A DNA stretch of 64,000 nt from an uncultured candidatus Porisulfidus sp. (GTDB lineage Bacteria; Pseudomonadota; Gammaproteobacteria; Poriferisulfidales; Oxydemutatoraceae): assembly GCA_965215125.1 (NCBI GenBank), contig OZ244052.1:1792001-1856000 (forward strand), in the 5' to 3' direction. A model generated the notes under the pieces. That model ran no database searches and was not told the origin of the DNA. It was given only the letters and a program-made list of their open reading frames with translations. Shown here in pieces: positions 39,429 through 49,069 of this stretch. A program made the translations under genes and the position numbers. The first letter of the stretch is position 1. Every line of letters begins with the position of its first letter.

Positions 39429-42400
39429 ATGAAAAATTTTCTAAAACCAGCTTTGATTACAGCATTAATTTTCTTATCTCATATCGTGTTTGTTAATACC
39501 GCAAGCGCACAAACAGCACTTCCTGAGGCATGCAATACCCTTGATGTTGACGATGATAGCGACGGACTTATAGAAATATGTTATTTGGAAGACTTAAATG
39601 CAATCCGCTTCGTGCTTGATGGTTCCGGCTATAAAGCAGACAGCATGGCAACCACGAGTACTCTGGGTTGCCCATCTGATGGTTGTGTAGGTTACGAACT
39701 AGTCAGAGATTTAGACTTTAACGACGATGACAGCTATAGTTCAACGGCCAGCAGGATTACATGGACTACGGGACAAGGCTGGGAGCCGATTGGGGAGTTT
39801 TCTGATGCTTTCAGGGGCGAGTTTGAAGGCAACGATTTTACGATTTCTAATCTGACGATTGACAGAAGTGGCACAAGTAACATAGGTTTGTTCGGTGTTA
39901 CGGGAATTGATGCTGAAATCGCTAATGTTGGTTTGCTAAATGTAAGTATTATAGGAGATGATAGTTTTATAGGCGGTTTAGTCGGTGGGAATACTGGTTC
40001 TATCACGAACAGCTATGCGACGGGTTCTGTCTCGGGAGATGAAGGTATAGGCGGTTTAGTCGGTGGGAATACTGGTTCTATCACGAACAGCTATGCGACG
40101 GGTTCTGTTTCAGGAGATGATAGTAGTGTAGGCGGTTTAGTCGGTGATAATGAAGACGGCACCATCACGAACAGCTATGCGACGGGTTCTGTTTCAGGAG
40201 ATGATAGTTTTATAGGCGGTTTAGTCGGTGATAATGAAGACGGCACCATCACGAACAGCTATGCGACGGGTTCTGTTTCAGGAGATGATAGTAGTGTAGG
40301 CGGTTTAGTCGGTGATAATGAAGACGGCACCATCACGAACAGCTATGCGACGGGTTCTGTTTCAGGAGATGATAGTAGTGTAGGCGGTTTAGTCGGTGAT
40401 AATGAAGACGGCACCATCACGAACAGCTATGCGACGGGTTCTGTTTCAGGAGATGATGATGTAGGCGGTTTAGTCGGTTTTAATGATGGCACGATCACGA
40501 ACAGCTATTGGGATATAAGTACCAGTGGAATAGCAGAAGGTTTCAATGGCATGGGTAAAACTACAAAGGAACTGCAATCACCAACAACGGCAACCGGAAT
40601 ATATAGTAGCTGGAGTCCTGATGTTTGGGATTTCGGCACATCCGAGCAATACCCGGTCGGTATCAGACACACAAACGCACCGAGATTTCAGCCGCTTGCG
40701 TGTGCAGCATTCTTTCCGAATATAGGTCAAACAGAACTGTTCTTTAGGACACAGGGCACTGCCGTTAATGAAAATGGCTTTACTATAGACCTTCCTAGGA
40801 TAAGTCCTAGGTCTGTTGAACAAATCGGAGAGACCATCGGTACCATTTCGGTGATCAAAGTAACATTGAATGAAGAAATTGTAGCCGATGATTCAATTTC
40901 GGTAAGTTACAAGCCAACTTCGGAAACACCCGATGACGAAGCAATTAGTGCTTCTTGTAGTTCTGCTTTGGGCCTAGATTCCGATGGCGACGGTATCATT
41001 GATGTAGCAGACAACAATCCTTTTGATGAAGATGATAGGTCTATCAACACCAATGTTGCCTCGGAAACACGAATAGCCCCGGCACCCACCACTTCTAGCG
41101 TTTTTTATAGTCGCGGCACGGTCATAAGAAGCCTTTTAAGAGGTGAAGAATTCACTTACATAAGCGGGAACGATCAAGGTGAGTTTGTTAGAGAAACATT
41201 TACCGAAAATATGGCGATGACCCCGGCGCGGTACTTCGGCATCAATGGTGGTTCTGCCGTTAGGATATTCCGAGACGAAGAGACGGATGGGATATTCCGG
41301 GATGAGTCGGATTCGTCAAGAGAAACATGCGGTGAGATCCGTGGAATCATTGAAAGGGAGTACCATTTGAATAAGATAAGAATAAACCAACATTGTACGG
41401 ATGTAACCGATAACTTTGGTGATGAACCTGAGGGCGAGAGACGGTATTGGTGGGCGGCAGTTGACAACAACGGCTATTTAACCAGCGAATTTTTGAGCTT
41501 CGAGGTTCGCGTATTGCCGGAGATAAATTTGCTAAGCCAATCCTCTTATCTACATGCCGTTGCAACTACTAAAACTATTTATACGGCTGTTTTATACCAA
41601 GGTATTGAAATGAACTCTTTCTCGGTGGGTTCCGACACAACACCGTCAGCTCTACAATCTACGGATTATAGTATAGTTACCGCTTATGGAACATTTGTAG
41701 GCAATAGTTTTTCTTTAAGACAACCGCAACCGGGGGAGACCATTCGCCATTGGATAGGCGGTTCATCAACTTGGTATCCTAATGCCGGCACTATAGGTCC
41801 TATAGAGGGTGGTCATAATTTTAATGACGCTATTATTTATGCAGCAGGTGCAAATAACTCTGTTGACATTAAAGTAGCAGAGGCTGACGAACCTGTAACT
41901 CAAATAAGTTATGTAGTCCTATATGACCCTAACGAAGCAAGAACGGTCACATCTATGGTTGCGGGAAGAACTTACTTGGTGGAAACAGGCTTCTCGACAA
42001 ATATTGCGGATATAACGAACCAAATTGAAATAATGGCACTTGATGGATATACGGTAATGACGACTACAACCGGTGTTTCCACGAGAATCAATGCCGAAGG
42101 GAATAGTGTCACAGAGAACATTCATAGGATTGTGCTTCGCGTCAATGATATTAGTACTACGAGAACGATTACGGTCGGTTGGAATAGGATCGGCACCCTA
42201 GAAGATTTAAGATATACATATCTTGCAACACCCACAGAACCTGAAAACTATACTGATTTAGACTTCGATGTTGACCGTATTCCGGATAGCGTGGATTTTG
42301 CCCCTAATTATCCTCGTATTCTTCAAGTTGCCGTTGAAAATACGGTGACAGCGGTAAATTTCTTGGCAACGGATAGTTTTCAGCCATTATTTGTTACTGA

Positions 42401-45400
42401 TTTGGGTTTAATCATAGCTAAAAACCAAGGCGAGAGTGAAGTTACCTATTCCGTAGCGAATATCCCATACGATCAATTAAGTGAAGAAACAAAAGACTTT
42501 CTTGCATTCACTGATGATGGGTTAGATAGGAGTTTTGTTTCGGCAATAGAAGATGTCTCTTACACAATAGATACCATAGGAACATACGGGATTGTGGTAG
42601 ATTACGCTATCAATAGCGAAGGCAAAGCAACAGGAAGTATCACCTATACTTCTTTCCCGATATCAACCCCCGAATTTGAGACTTTATCGGTTCTGCAATA
42701 CGACTATGACTCTAATCGTTGGAAAGATTTTAAGCGGGATAACACACAGGACGGGTATGCCGATACTTGGTATGCAATAAGGCATCCGAACCCGGGCTCC
42801 GAGATATGTCCGACTGATATTAGACCATATAGGGAGGGAAATATTGGACAGTCAGACCACATTGGCGACTATTTTTTGTCGGGTATGCATGAAGAACATT
42901 GTATCATGCTGGTTGTTACCGACGGTGGTCCTTATGATTCTACCGGCTTAGACGGAATTGTTGGAAGCGGCGCAGGTATAGCAAGGGACGACATTTCCGT
43001 TTCTGATCGTGGGCCTGGACTTGTCTGTTCAGCATTCTTTCCGAATATAGGTCAAACAGAACTATTCTTTAGGACACAGGGCACTGCCGTTAATGAAAAT
43101 GGCTTTACCATAGACGGTCGTACGATAAGTCCTAGGTCTGTTGAACAAATCGGAGAGACCATCGGTACCGTTTCGGTGCTCAAAGTAACATTGAATGAAG
43201 AAATTGTAGCCGATGATTCAATTTCGGTAAGTTACAAGCCAACTTCGGAAACACCCGACGACGAAGCAATTAGTGCTTCTTGTAGTTCTGATTCGCGCCT
43301 AGACTCCGACTCCGATGGCGACGGTATCATTGATGTGGCAGACAACAATCCTTTTGATGAAGATGATAGTTCTATCAATACCAATGTTGCCTCGGCAACA
43401 CCGATAGCCCCGGCACCCACCACTTCTAGCGTTTTTTATAGTCGCGGCACGGTCATAAGAAGCCTTTTAAGAGGCGACGAGTTCACTTATATAGATAGTG
43501 AACAGGGTGAGTTTGTTAGAGAAACATTTACCGCAGCTATGACCCCAGCACAGTATTTCGGCATAGCCGATCCTGATGCTAGGATATTCCGAGATGATGG
43601 TGAGCAGTGCGCTAGAATACTAGAAACTTATAGTTCTGACAGTTACCACTTTAATAAAATAAACATAGCCGAACATTGTACGGATATAACCGATAGCTTG
43701 GGCGATGAACCTGCGGGTGAGCGTCCTTATGTGTGGGTGACAGTTAACAACAACGGCCATATAACTAGCGAATTTTTGACTTTCAATGTTGAAGTGTTGC
43801 CGGAAATAAATTTCTCCGGTCAGGCTTCGTATTTATACACTAATTCTCCTTCTACTCGCCAAACCGTTGTTATTTCAACGTATAACAGTGATTCTGATTC
43901 GCCTTCATTTATTGATGTGACAGTACGAAGTGGCAATATAGCTACGACACCTTCGTCTGTCACAGAGACACAGGAGAGCCTGAGGGTAAGAGTTCTTCCC
44001 GACTTAGAATTTATAGCAGAGGGAGAATATACCATCGCAACTTCAGCATCTCCGATGCCGGGTCAAACCATTACTCATTGGTTGGGTACATCGGTAGTAG
44101 ATGATGAAGAGGGAGAGACTATGGCATGGCATCCTGCCACCACATCGCTACGACCTAGAGAAGGAGGTGTTATACAAGATGAAGATGATTTTGCTGATTC
44201 TGATGATGATGGTGTTAGTGAATACGAGTATGCAATAGGTCCTAACAACAACATTGATGTCAGACTAGTAGCAGCAGACGAAGACATCACTCGAATTCGT
44301 CAAGTGTGGTTGTATGAAGTTGAAAATCCGGAGACGACCACAAACCAAGTATTCCAAGTCTCCTCTGTGGTAGCAGGGAGAACCTATTATGCCATAGCGG
44401 ACTTTGAGGCAAGTACTGACACCATAACAATCGAAAGGTCGCCAACGGTGGTGGAAGGCTATACAATTACGGAAACCACACCTACCGCTATAGAGGCTAT
44501 TCGTAGTGACATCGGTCGCGATGAAGTGGGTTTAGTATCTGACGCTATTATTCAGTTCACGGTGAGCGATGATTTTACACCACCTACCGAAATCACCGTA
44601 GGCTGGGATAGCATCGGCAGTGCTGAAAGAGTAATAGAAACATATCTTGTAAACACCGAACAACCTCCATATTATGACCAAACCGATACGAACAGGAACA
44701 ACATTCCCGACAATGCCGACTTAAACCTTAACGATAATAGACTACAGGTTGGCACGGGTGACAATAACACTGTTGATTATCTATCAACACAGGGAGATCA
44801 GCCGGTATTCTTAACCTACGAAGCACTTGTTATAGCAAACGATATTGTTATGGAAGCTATAAACCCTATGGACGACCCGAACCCGAGTCGTTTTTATTCT
44901 GCGGCAGATATTGACTATGGTGGCTTAAGTGAGGGAGTGAGAGCAACACTTGGTTTTGATGAAGCAGACAGAGCCTTTGAAGAAGAAGACGAAGACGGCA
45001 TACCGATAATGCCGGTAGATGTGCCGATAGAAAGACTAGCTGCCTTCGGGGTTCGAGAAGTAGATTATCAAATAGATGATAACAATCGAGTAGTAGGAGG
45101 TATTACTCATACGGTTTTCCCGATTTCATCTAATGAGCCTGGAGAAATTTTATATGTAGGAAAATACAACAGGTTGGCCGAGCGTTGGGAACGTTTTGAG
45201 AGAGGCACCTTTGTAGGTGGATATAGTCAAGCTAATGAGCGTTGGGAGCTTTTTGAAGGTGGCACTAGCTATCCTGACACTTGGTATGGAATTGTGCGGC
45301 CGAATAATAGCGGACCCTGTCCGACCAGTATAGAAGAATACAAAAATAGACATCAAGCAGCCGGTGAAGACGGTCAAGGTTTTGTTTCGGGTGCTCAAAA

Positions 45401-45641
45401 CTGTATCATGCTGGCGATCACCGATGGGGGTCCTTATGATAGTAGTGGCTTAGACGGCAGAGTGGTTGATGACACTGCAGCTACGGTTAGAAGGCTTTTG
45501 GTTCGAGCGGCTATTCGTGCCATTCTTACCGGTGGATTTGGGAGCGGTGCTGTTGATATGGGTGATGTAATATTGCTTTTGATGGCTTTGCTATCGTTAG
45601 TGGCAATAACGATGAGACGAATAAGGAAAAAACATTATTGA
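39429..45641 (+). CDS. Large secreted/surface protein: GLUG repeats, two ~775-aa tandem modules, GlyGly-CTERM-like anchor
   Basis: Signal peptide ending TASA; 7 GGLVG..N.G.ITNSYATG repeats; DSDGDG Ca-binding-like motifs; C-terminal GGFGSGAV + TM + RRIRKK. Confidence 0.8.
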   Translation: MKNFLKPALITALIFLSHIVFVNTASAQTALPEACNTLDVDDDSDGLIEICYLEDLNAIRFVLDGSGYKADSMATTSTLGCPSDGCVGYELVRDLDFNDDDSYSSTASRITWTTGQGWEPIGEFSDAFRGEFEGNDFTISNLTIDRSGTSNIGLFGVTGIDAEIANVGLLNVSIIGDDSFIGGLVGGNTGSITNSYATGSVSGDEGIGGLVGGNTGSITNSYATGSVSGDDSSVGGLVGDNEDGTITNSYATGSVSGDDSFIGGLVGDNEDGTITNSYATGSVSGDDSSVGGLVGDNEDGTITNSYATGSVSGDDSSVGGLVGDNEDGTITNSYATGSVSGDDDVGGLVGFNDGTITNSYWDISTSGIAEGFNGMGKTTKELQSPTTATGIYSSWSPDVWDFGTSEQYPVGIRHTNAPRFQPLACAAFFPNIGQTELFFRTQGTAVNENGFTIDLPRISPRSVEQIGETIGTISVIKVTLNEEIVADDSISVSYKPTSETPDDEAISASCSSALGLDSDGDGIIDVADNNPFDEDDRSINTNVASETRIAPAPTTSSVFYSRGTVIRSLLRGEEFTYISGNDQGEFVRETFTENMAMTPARYFGINGGSAVRIFRDEETDGIFRDESDSSRETCGEIRGIIEREYHLNKIRINQHCTDVTDNFGDEPEGERRYWWAAVDNNGYLTSEFLSFEVRVLPEINLLSQSSYLHAVATTKTIYTAVLYQGIEMNSFSVGSDTTPSALQSTDYSIVTAYGTFVGNSFSLRQPQPGETIRHWIGGSSTWYPNAGTIGPIEGGHNFNDAIIYAAGANNSVDIKVAEADEPVTQISYVVLYDPNEARTVTSMVAGRTYLVETGFSTNIADITNQIEIMALDGYTVMTTTTGVSTRINAEGNSVTENIHRIVLRVNDISTTRTITVGWNRIGTLEDLRYTYLATPTEPENYTDLDFDVDRIPDSVDFAPNYPRILQVAVENTVTAVNFLATDSFQPLFVTDLGLIIAKNQGESEVTYSVANIPYDQLSEETKDFLAFTDDGLDRSFVSAIEDVSYTIDTIGTYGIVVDYAINSEGKATGSITYTSFPISTPEFETLSVLQYDYDSNRWKDFKRDNTQDGYADTWYAIRHPNPGSEICPTDIRPYREGNIGQSDHIGDYFLSGMHEEHCIMLVVTDGGPYDSTGLDGIVGSGAGIARDDISVSDRGPGLVCSAFFPNIGQTELFFRTQGTAVNENGFTIDGRTISPRSVEQIGETIGTVSVLKVTLNEEIVADDSISVSYKPTSETPDDEAISASCSSDSRLDSDSDGDGIIDVADNNPFDEDDSSINTNVASATPIAPAPTTSSVFYSRGTVIRSLLRGDEFTYIDSEQGEFVRETFTAAMTPAQYFGIADPDARIFRDDGEQCARILETYSSDSYHFNKINIAEHCTDITDSLGDEPAGERPYVWVTVNNNGHITSEFLTFNVEVLPEINFSGQASYLYTNSPSTRQTVVISTYNSDSDSPSFIDVTVRSGNIATTPSSVTETQESLRVRVLPDLEFIAEGEYTIATSASPMPGQTITHWLGTSVVDDEEGETMAWHPATTSLRPREGGVIQDEDDFADSDDDGVSEYEYAIGPNNNIDVRLVAADEDITRIRQVWLYEVENPETTTNQVFQVSSVVAGRTYYAIADFEASTDTITIERSPTVVEGYTITETTPTAIEAIRSDIGRDEVGLVSDAIIQFTVSDDFTPPTEITVGWDSIGSAERVIETYLVNTEQPPYYDQTDTNRNNIPDNADLNLNDNRLQVGTGDNNTVDYLSTQGDQPVFLTYEALVIANDIVMEAINPMDDPNPSRFYSAADIDYGGLSEGVRATLGFDEADRAFEEEDEDGIPIMPVDVPIERLAAFGVREVDYQIDDNNRVVGGITHTVFPISSNEPGEILYVGKYNRLAERWERFERGTFVGGYSQANERWELFEGGTSYPDTWYGIVRPNNSGPCPTSIEEYKNRHQAAGEDGQGFVSGAQNCIMLAITDGGPYDSSGLDGRVVDDTAATVRRLLVRAAIRAILTGGFGSGAVDMGDVILLLMALLSLVAITMRRIRKKHY
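39955..40510 (+). repeat. Intragenic tandem repeat, 7 units of ~78-84 bp (GLUG motif)
   Basis: GGCGGTTTAGTCGGT...ATCACGAACAGCTATGCGACGGGTTCTGT recurs; 84-bp period (e.g. 40131, 40215). Confidence 0.95.
40705..43493 (+). repeat. Intragenic direct repeat: ~40705-41162 and ~43030-43493 nearly identical
   Basis: Both encode AFFPNIGQTELFFRTQG...SRGTVIRSLLRG; offset 2325 bp. Confidence 0.9.
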
Positions 45642-45693
45642 ACCTAATTAGCAAGTAATGTCTATGCGCTTATAAATATCCGTTGATGTAGAG

Positions 45694-48600
45694 GTGGCTA
45701 AAAGCATGCGTCCCACTTTGAACCGGGTTTCGCTTGCTTTAGCCGTCTTCATTGGTGCGATTTTGCTGATCGGCATAACCGTGCGGGGGTTTATATATGA
45801 TATAGAGCGGTATCGCGAGGTTATTAGCTCACAAATTGCCGAAACACTCAAACTCAATGTCTCTGTCGGCAAACTGGAGAGAGGCGTGGGTTTGCTTAAT
45901 CCGGTCATTTATGCAGAGCAAGCAAAATTTTCAATATCCGATGATTTTGACCGGCCATTGTTGGTTAAGCAAACCGAAATAGTTCTGAAATTGCTTGGCT
46001 CTGTATTGAGTATAGAACCACGCGTTCAATCGATTAAAATGCGAGGTGTAGAATCTGCGTTATCCACCGACATGGGAAATAGCGCATTATACCTGCCTCG
46101 GATTGGTCGGGAATTTCATCGGTCGGAACAATGGTTTGATATAAACCGGCTGCTCACCGATACCGTAGCCATTGCTCACTACGACTTAAACTTCCACGAT
46201 GTATTGCTGTATTGGGATGATAAAAACATGGAGGACATTAAGACTTTCCATTTAGAACATTTGATCGTAAACTCTCAACACCATCAAACCCGACTTAGTG
46301 CGGCAACACGGCTACCTGAACCATTGGGAGAAAATCTAACTTTAACTGCCACACTTAAGCACGACCCGTCTAATCTCGCCGGCGATTTCTATATCAATGT
46401 AAAAAACTTGGATATAACTAGACTTTACCAACTGGCAAATACACAATCTATCAATGAAGGCATATTGCAAACCGAACTACACGGGCGGATTTCATACCAA
46501 CGGGGCATGGAAAAGCTAAGCGGTACCTTAGCACTAAAAGATGGGCAAATCCACGGATTGAATCTAGACAATACGGTGCCTGATGTTGAAACCGAACTCA
46601 GCCGGCAAGCACAAAAGCATAACAGGGAATTAAACCTTAACGGCTTATTTGTTCAAGATGAGAACACGATTATTCAAAATGCCGATTTTATGGTTATCCA
46701 AACAAGGAATGAAGAGGACTACCACGGTAAACTTCAGTTCCGCTCGGATAACATGTCTCCTGTCGTATATAATGAAATTCTTGCTTATGCTAAAACCAAT
46801 TTTAGTATTGAACAAAGTTATACTGCAGCTTCGGTTGATAAGCAGGTCATAGATTTGACATTACACGCCGGTCATTCCTCGGATTGGTTTGCATCACCAC
46901 ATGACTGGTCGCCTATGCAGCCGGCATCGGATGCCGATATGCCGAAATTGTTGAGTGGGGATTTTGAGTTGGTATTGAACGATGTTGGTTTTAAGTGGAA
47001 TCAATGGCATACACCGCAAAATTTAAAGCATGTCAAATTAAAAGGAAATTATAAACGCAGTGCCGGACACAACGAATGGAATCCTGAGCAACTATATATT
47101 AAGGATATCAATGTAAACCTTAAAGAACCACAATTGAATTTAAGCCAAGTAGAAGGACATCTATATTTTAATAAATCCGGTGTGCGGTCGGACAACAATG
47201 GTGCGCTATTGAACGAAACCTATGCACTGACTGCAATCATTGAGCCCCAAAGGGAATTGACCTTATTAAAAATGCAATCCGATATGCCCTTTCCATCCGA
47301 CTATATGGGGAATTTCTCGTTGCCGGCAAACGCTATTGATATTGCTACCGATATTTGGTACGGGGAGTTTCTATTGCCTTCATTGTATGCAGAGGCGCAA
47401 CACACATTACAGCTAAAGTTAAATTCGGACCTGAAAAGTTTAACGGTTAACATGCCTGTCCCGCTAAATAAACGCGCAAGTGAAGTGGAGAATTCCACAC
47501 GGATTGAGCAAATTACGACCGCCGATAGCAATCAATTTAACTACGGCAACCGCTTTCGTTCAACACTAAAAGTTGCCCAAGCCGGGGATGTAACAGGTTC
47601 ACCTGAACTATCACCCCCAATTGACTATGATCTGCACGAAATTCAGCACGATGATTGGTTTACGGGGCGTGGTGTAATTCCTCGCCTTTCTATTAATCAA
47701 TGGCTTGATTGGCTGTCAAATTATTCGGACATAACAACACACTCTGCGCCTTATACACAAGATGTAGATGTGTTAATAGAAGAGCTTGTTTGGGGCACTT
47801 CAACTATGCACCAAGTTCATTTAACCGTCAAACGGCAACAAAACAAAACATTACTATCATTTGATTCGGAAGAAATCAAAGGGCTTGCTACTATTCCTGT
47901 CAACAGAGACGAGCGCATAGATATAGATTTAGATCACCTTGTACTAAAAGGTGCCTCCGCTTTTGATTTTCCCCAACTAGAACTCACCGCCTTCTCACCT
48001 ATGACCATCAATGTAAGCCGGCTTAAGAAAGATCATTTTGATATAGAAAACCTTGAAGTAGTACTGTCACCTGCAAGCAATGGATTACGCATAGAAAAAA
48101 TAAGTTTCAATAAAAAAGAAGGGGACAAGACACTGATACAAGCACATTTAGAGGGCAACTGGACAAAAATAATCGATAGGGATTATAGCGACTTTAGTTT
48201 TCTGTTAGAAAGCGACGACTACGGCCAATTGTTACAAAACTGGGGATTTTATGACGAAATGAAAGGAGGGCAAGGACAAATTAATGGTCAATTACACTGG
48301 AACAATAGCCCGATGGATTTTAAGCAACATCAATTACAAGGGCTAGTCCGATTAGAAATTAGTGATGGAGTTCTTGAAGCTGTTAATCCAAGAATGTCTA
48401 AGATATTGAGTTTGTTAAATATTGATGCATTCTTAAAACGTTTAACCGATAATTTCAAAAATACTTCCGAAAATGTCTCTCAAAAGGGGCTTGCGTTTGA
48501 TAGCATGCAAGGCTATTTAGAATTCCAAAAAGCGGACTTGATAATTAAAAATCTCGATATCAATACTACTACTTTTGATATGAAAATCGTAGGGCGTACC

Positions 48601-48846
48601 GACATCGTTCAGGAGCATTACGACCAAAAAATCACGATAACCCCTAAGATGGGCAGTAACATTAAGCATTTAGCCTCTTTTTTGAGTAGTGACATAGTGT
48701 ATACTGCTTCACTATTATTCAACAAGTTCGCCAAACTAGATAAAGCGATTGATAAATCTGCCACTTTAGAATATACCCTAAAAGGAAGCTGGGACAACCC
48801 TGAGGTAGAAGCTGTTAATACCTCTCTGACCCCGGAACCCGACTAA
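45694..48846 (+). CDS. YhdP-like AsmA-superfamily (DUF3971/AsmA2) envelope protein
   Basis: N-terminal TM; C-terminal KGLAFDSMQG...G.TD.V...YDQ.I.I.P...EYTLKGSWDNPEV typical of YhdP. Confidence 0.7.
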   Translation: MAKSMRPTLNRVSLALAVFIGAILLIGITVRGFIYDIERYREVISSQIAETLKLNVSVGKLERGVGLLNPVIYAEQAKFSISDDFDRPLLVKQTEIVLKLLGSVLSIEPRVQSIKMRGVESALSTDMGNSALYLPRIGREFHRSEQWFDINRLLTDTVAIAHYDLNFHDVLLYWDDKNMEDIKTFHLEHLIVNSQHHQTRLSAATRLPEPLGENLTLTATLKHDPSNLAGDFYINVKNLDITRLYQLANTQSINEGILQTELHGRISYQRGMEKLSGTLALKDGQIHGLNLDNTVPDVETELSRQAQKHNRELNLNGLFVQDENTIIQNADFMVIQTRNEEDYHGKLQFRSDNMSPVVYNEILAYAKTNFSIEQSYTAASVDKQVIDLTLHAGHSSDWFASPHDWSPMQPASDADMPKLLSGDFELVLNDVGFKWNQWHTPQNLKHVKLKGNYKRSAGHNEWNPEQLYIKDINVNLKEPQLNLSQVEGHLYFNKSGVRSDNNGALLNETYALTAIIEPQRELTLLKMQSDMPFPSDYMGNFSLPANAIDIATDIWYGEFLLPSLYAEAQHTLQLKLNSDLKSLTVNMPVPLNKRASEVENSTRIEQITTADSNQFNYGNRFRSTLKVAQAGDVTGSPELSPPIDYDLHEIQHDDWFTGRGVIPRLSINQWLDWLSNYSDITTHSAPYTQDVDVLIEELVWGTSTMHQVHLTVKRQQNKTLLSFDSEEIKGLATIPVNRDERIDIDLDHLVLKGASAFDFPQLELTAFSPMTINVSRLKKDHFDIENLEVVLSPASNGLRIEKISFNKKEGDKTLIQAHLEGNWTKIIDRDYSDFSFLLESDDYGQLLQNWGFYDEMKGGQGQINGQLHWNNSPMDFKQHQLQGLVRLEISDGVLEAVNPRMSKILSLLNIDAFLKRLTDNFKNTSENVSQKGLAFDSMQGYLEFQKADLIIKNLDINTTTFDMKIVGRTDIVQEHYDQKITITPKMGSNIKHLASFLSSDIVYTASLLFNKFAKLDKAIDKSATLEYTLKGSWDNPEVEAVNTSLTPEPD

Positions 48847-48907
48847 CCCATCTACCTCCGCAACCGCTCCACGTCACATAATTCTGCCAACCACGCTACG
48901 ACTCATT

Positions 48908-49028
48908 GAATACTTTTCAACAGCTCCACTGCACAACCACCCCATGGAAAGGTTTTACATTTTGCATATATGCTAGGGTTCTGCACAATGTCACGCCGTT
49001 TGTGCTACTGCAACAAATGGCGGTTCTA
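48908..49028. repeat. Intergenic repeat family copy
   Basis: Colinear with 55981-56099 (CTTTTCAACA...CCACCCCATGGAAAGG...TGCACAATGT...GGCGGTTCTA); its last ~55 bp are the reverse complement of the 62954-63005 module. Confidence 0.85.
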
Positions 49029-49069
49029 TTACGCCTGCCACCCCTCTGAAGGGGGGGAATGTGCTGCCG

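Noticed and set aside
39955-40510. Possible CRISPR array
   Set aside because: Units are in-frame coding repeats without unique spacers; no cas genes in the window.
40705-43493. Template/variable repeat pair of a diversity-generating retroelement
   Set aside because: Both copies are in frame in one gene, the differences include indels and do not look adenine-specific, and no reverse transcriptase is present.
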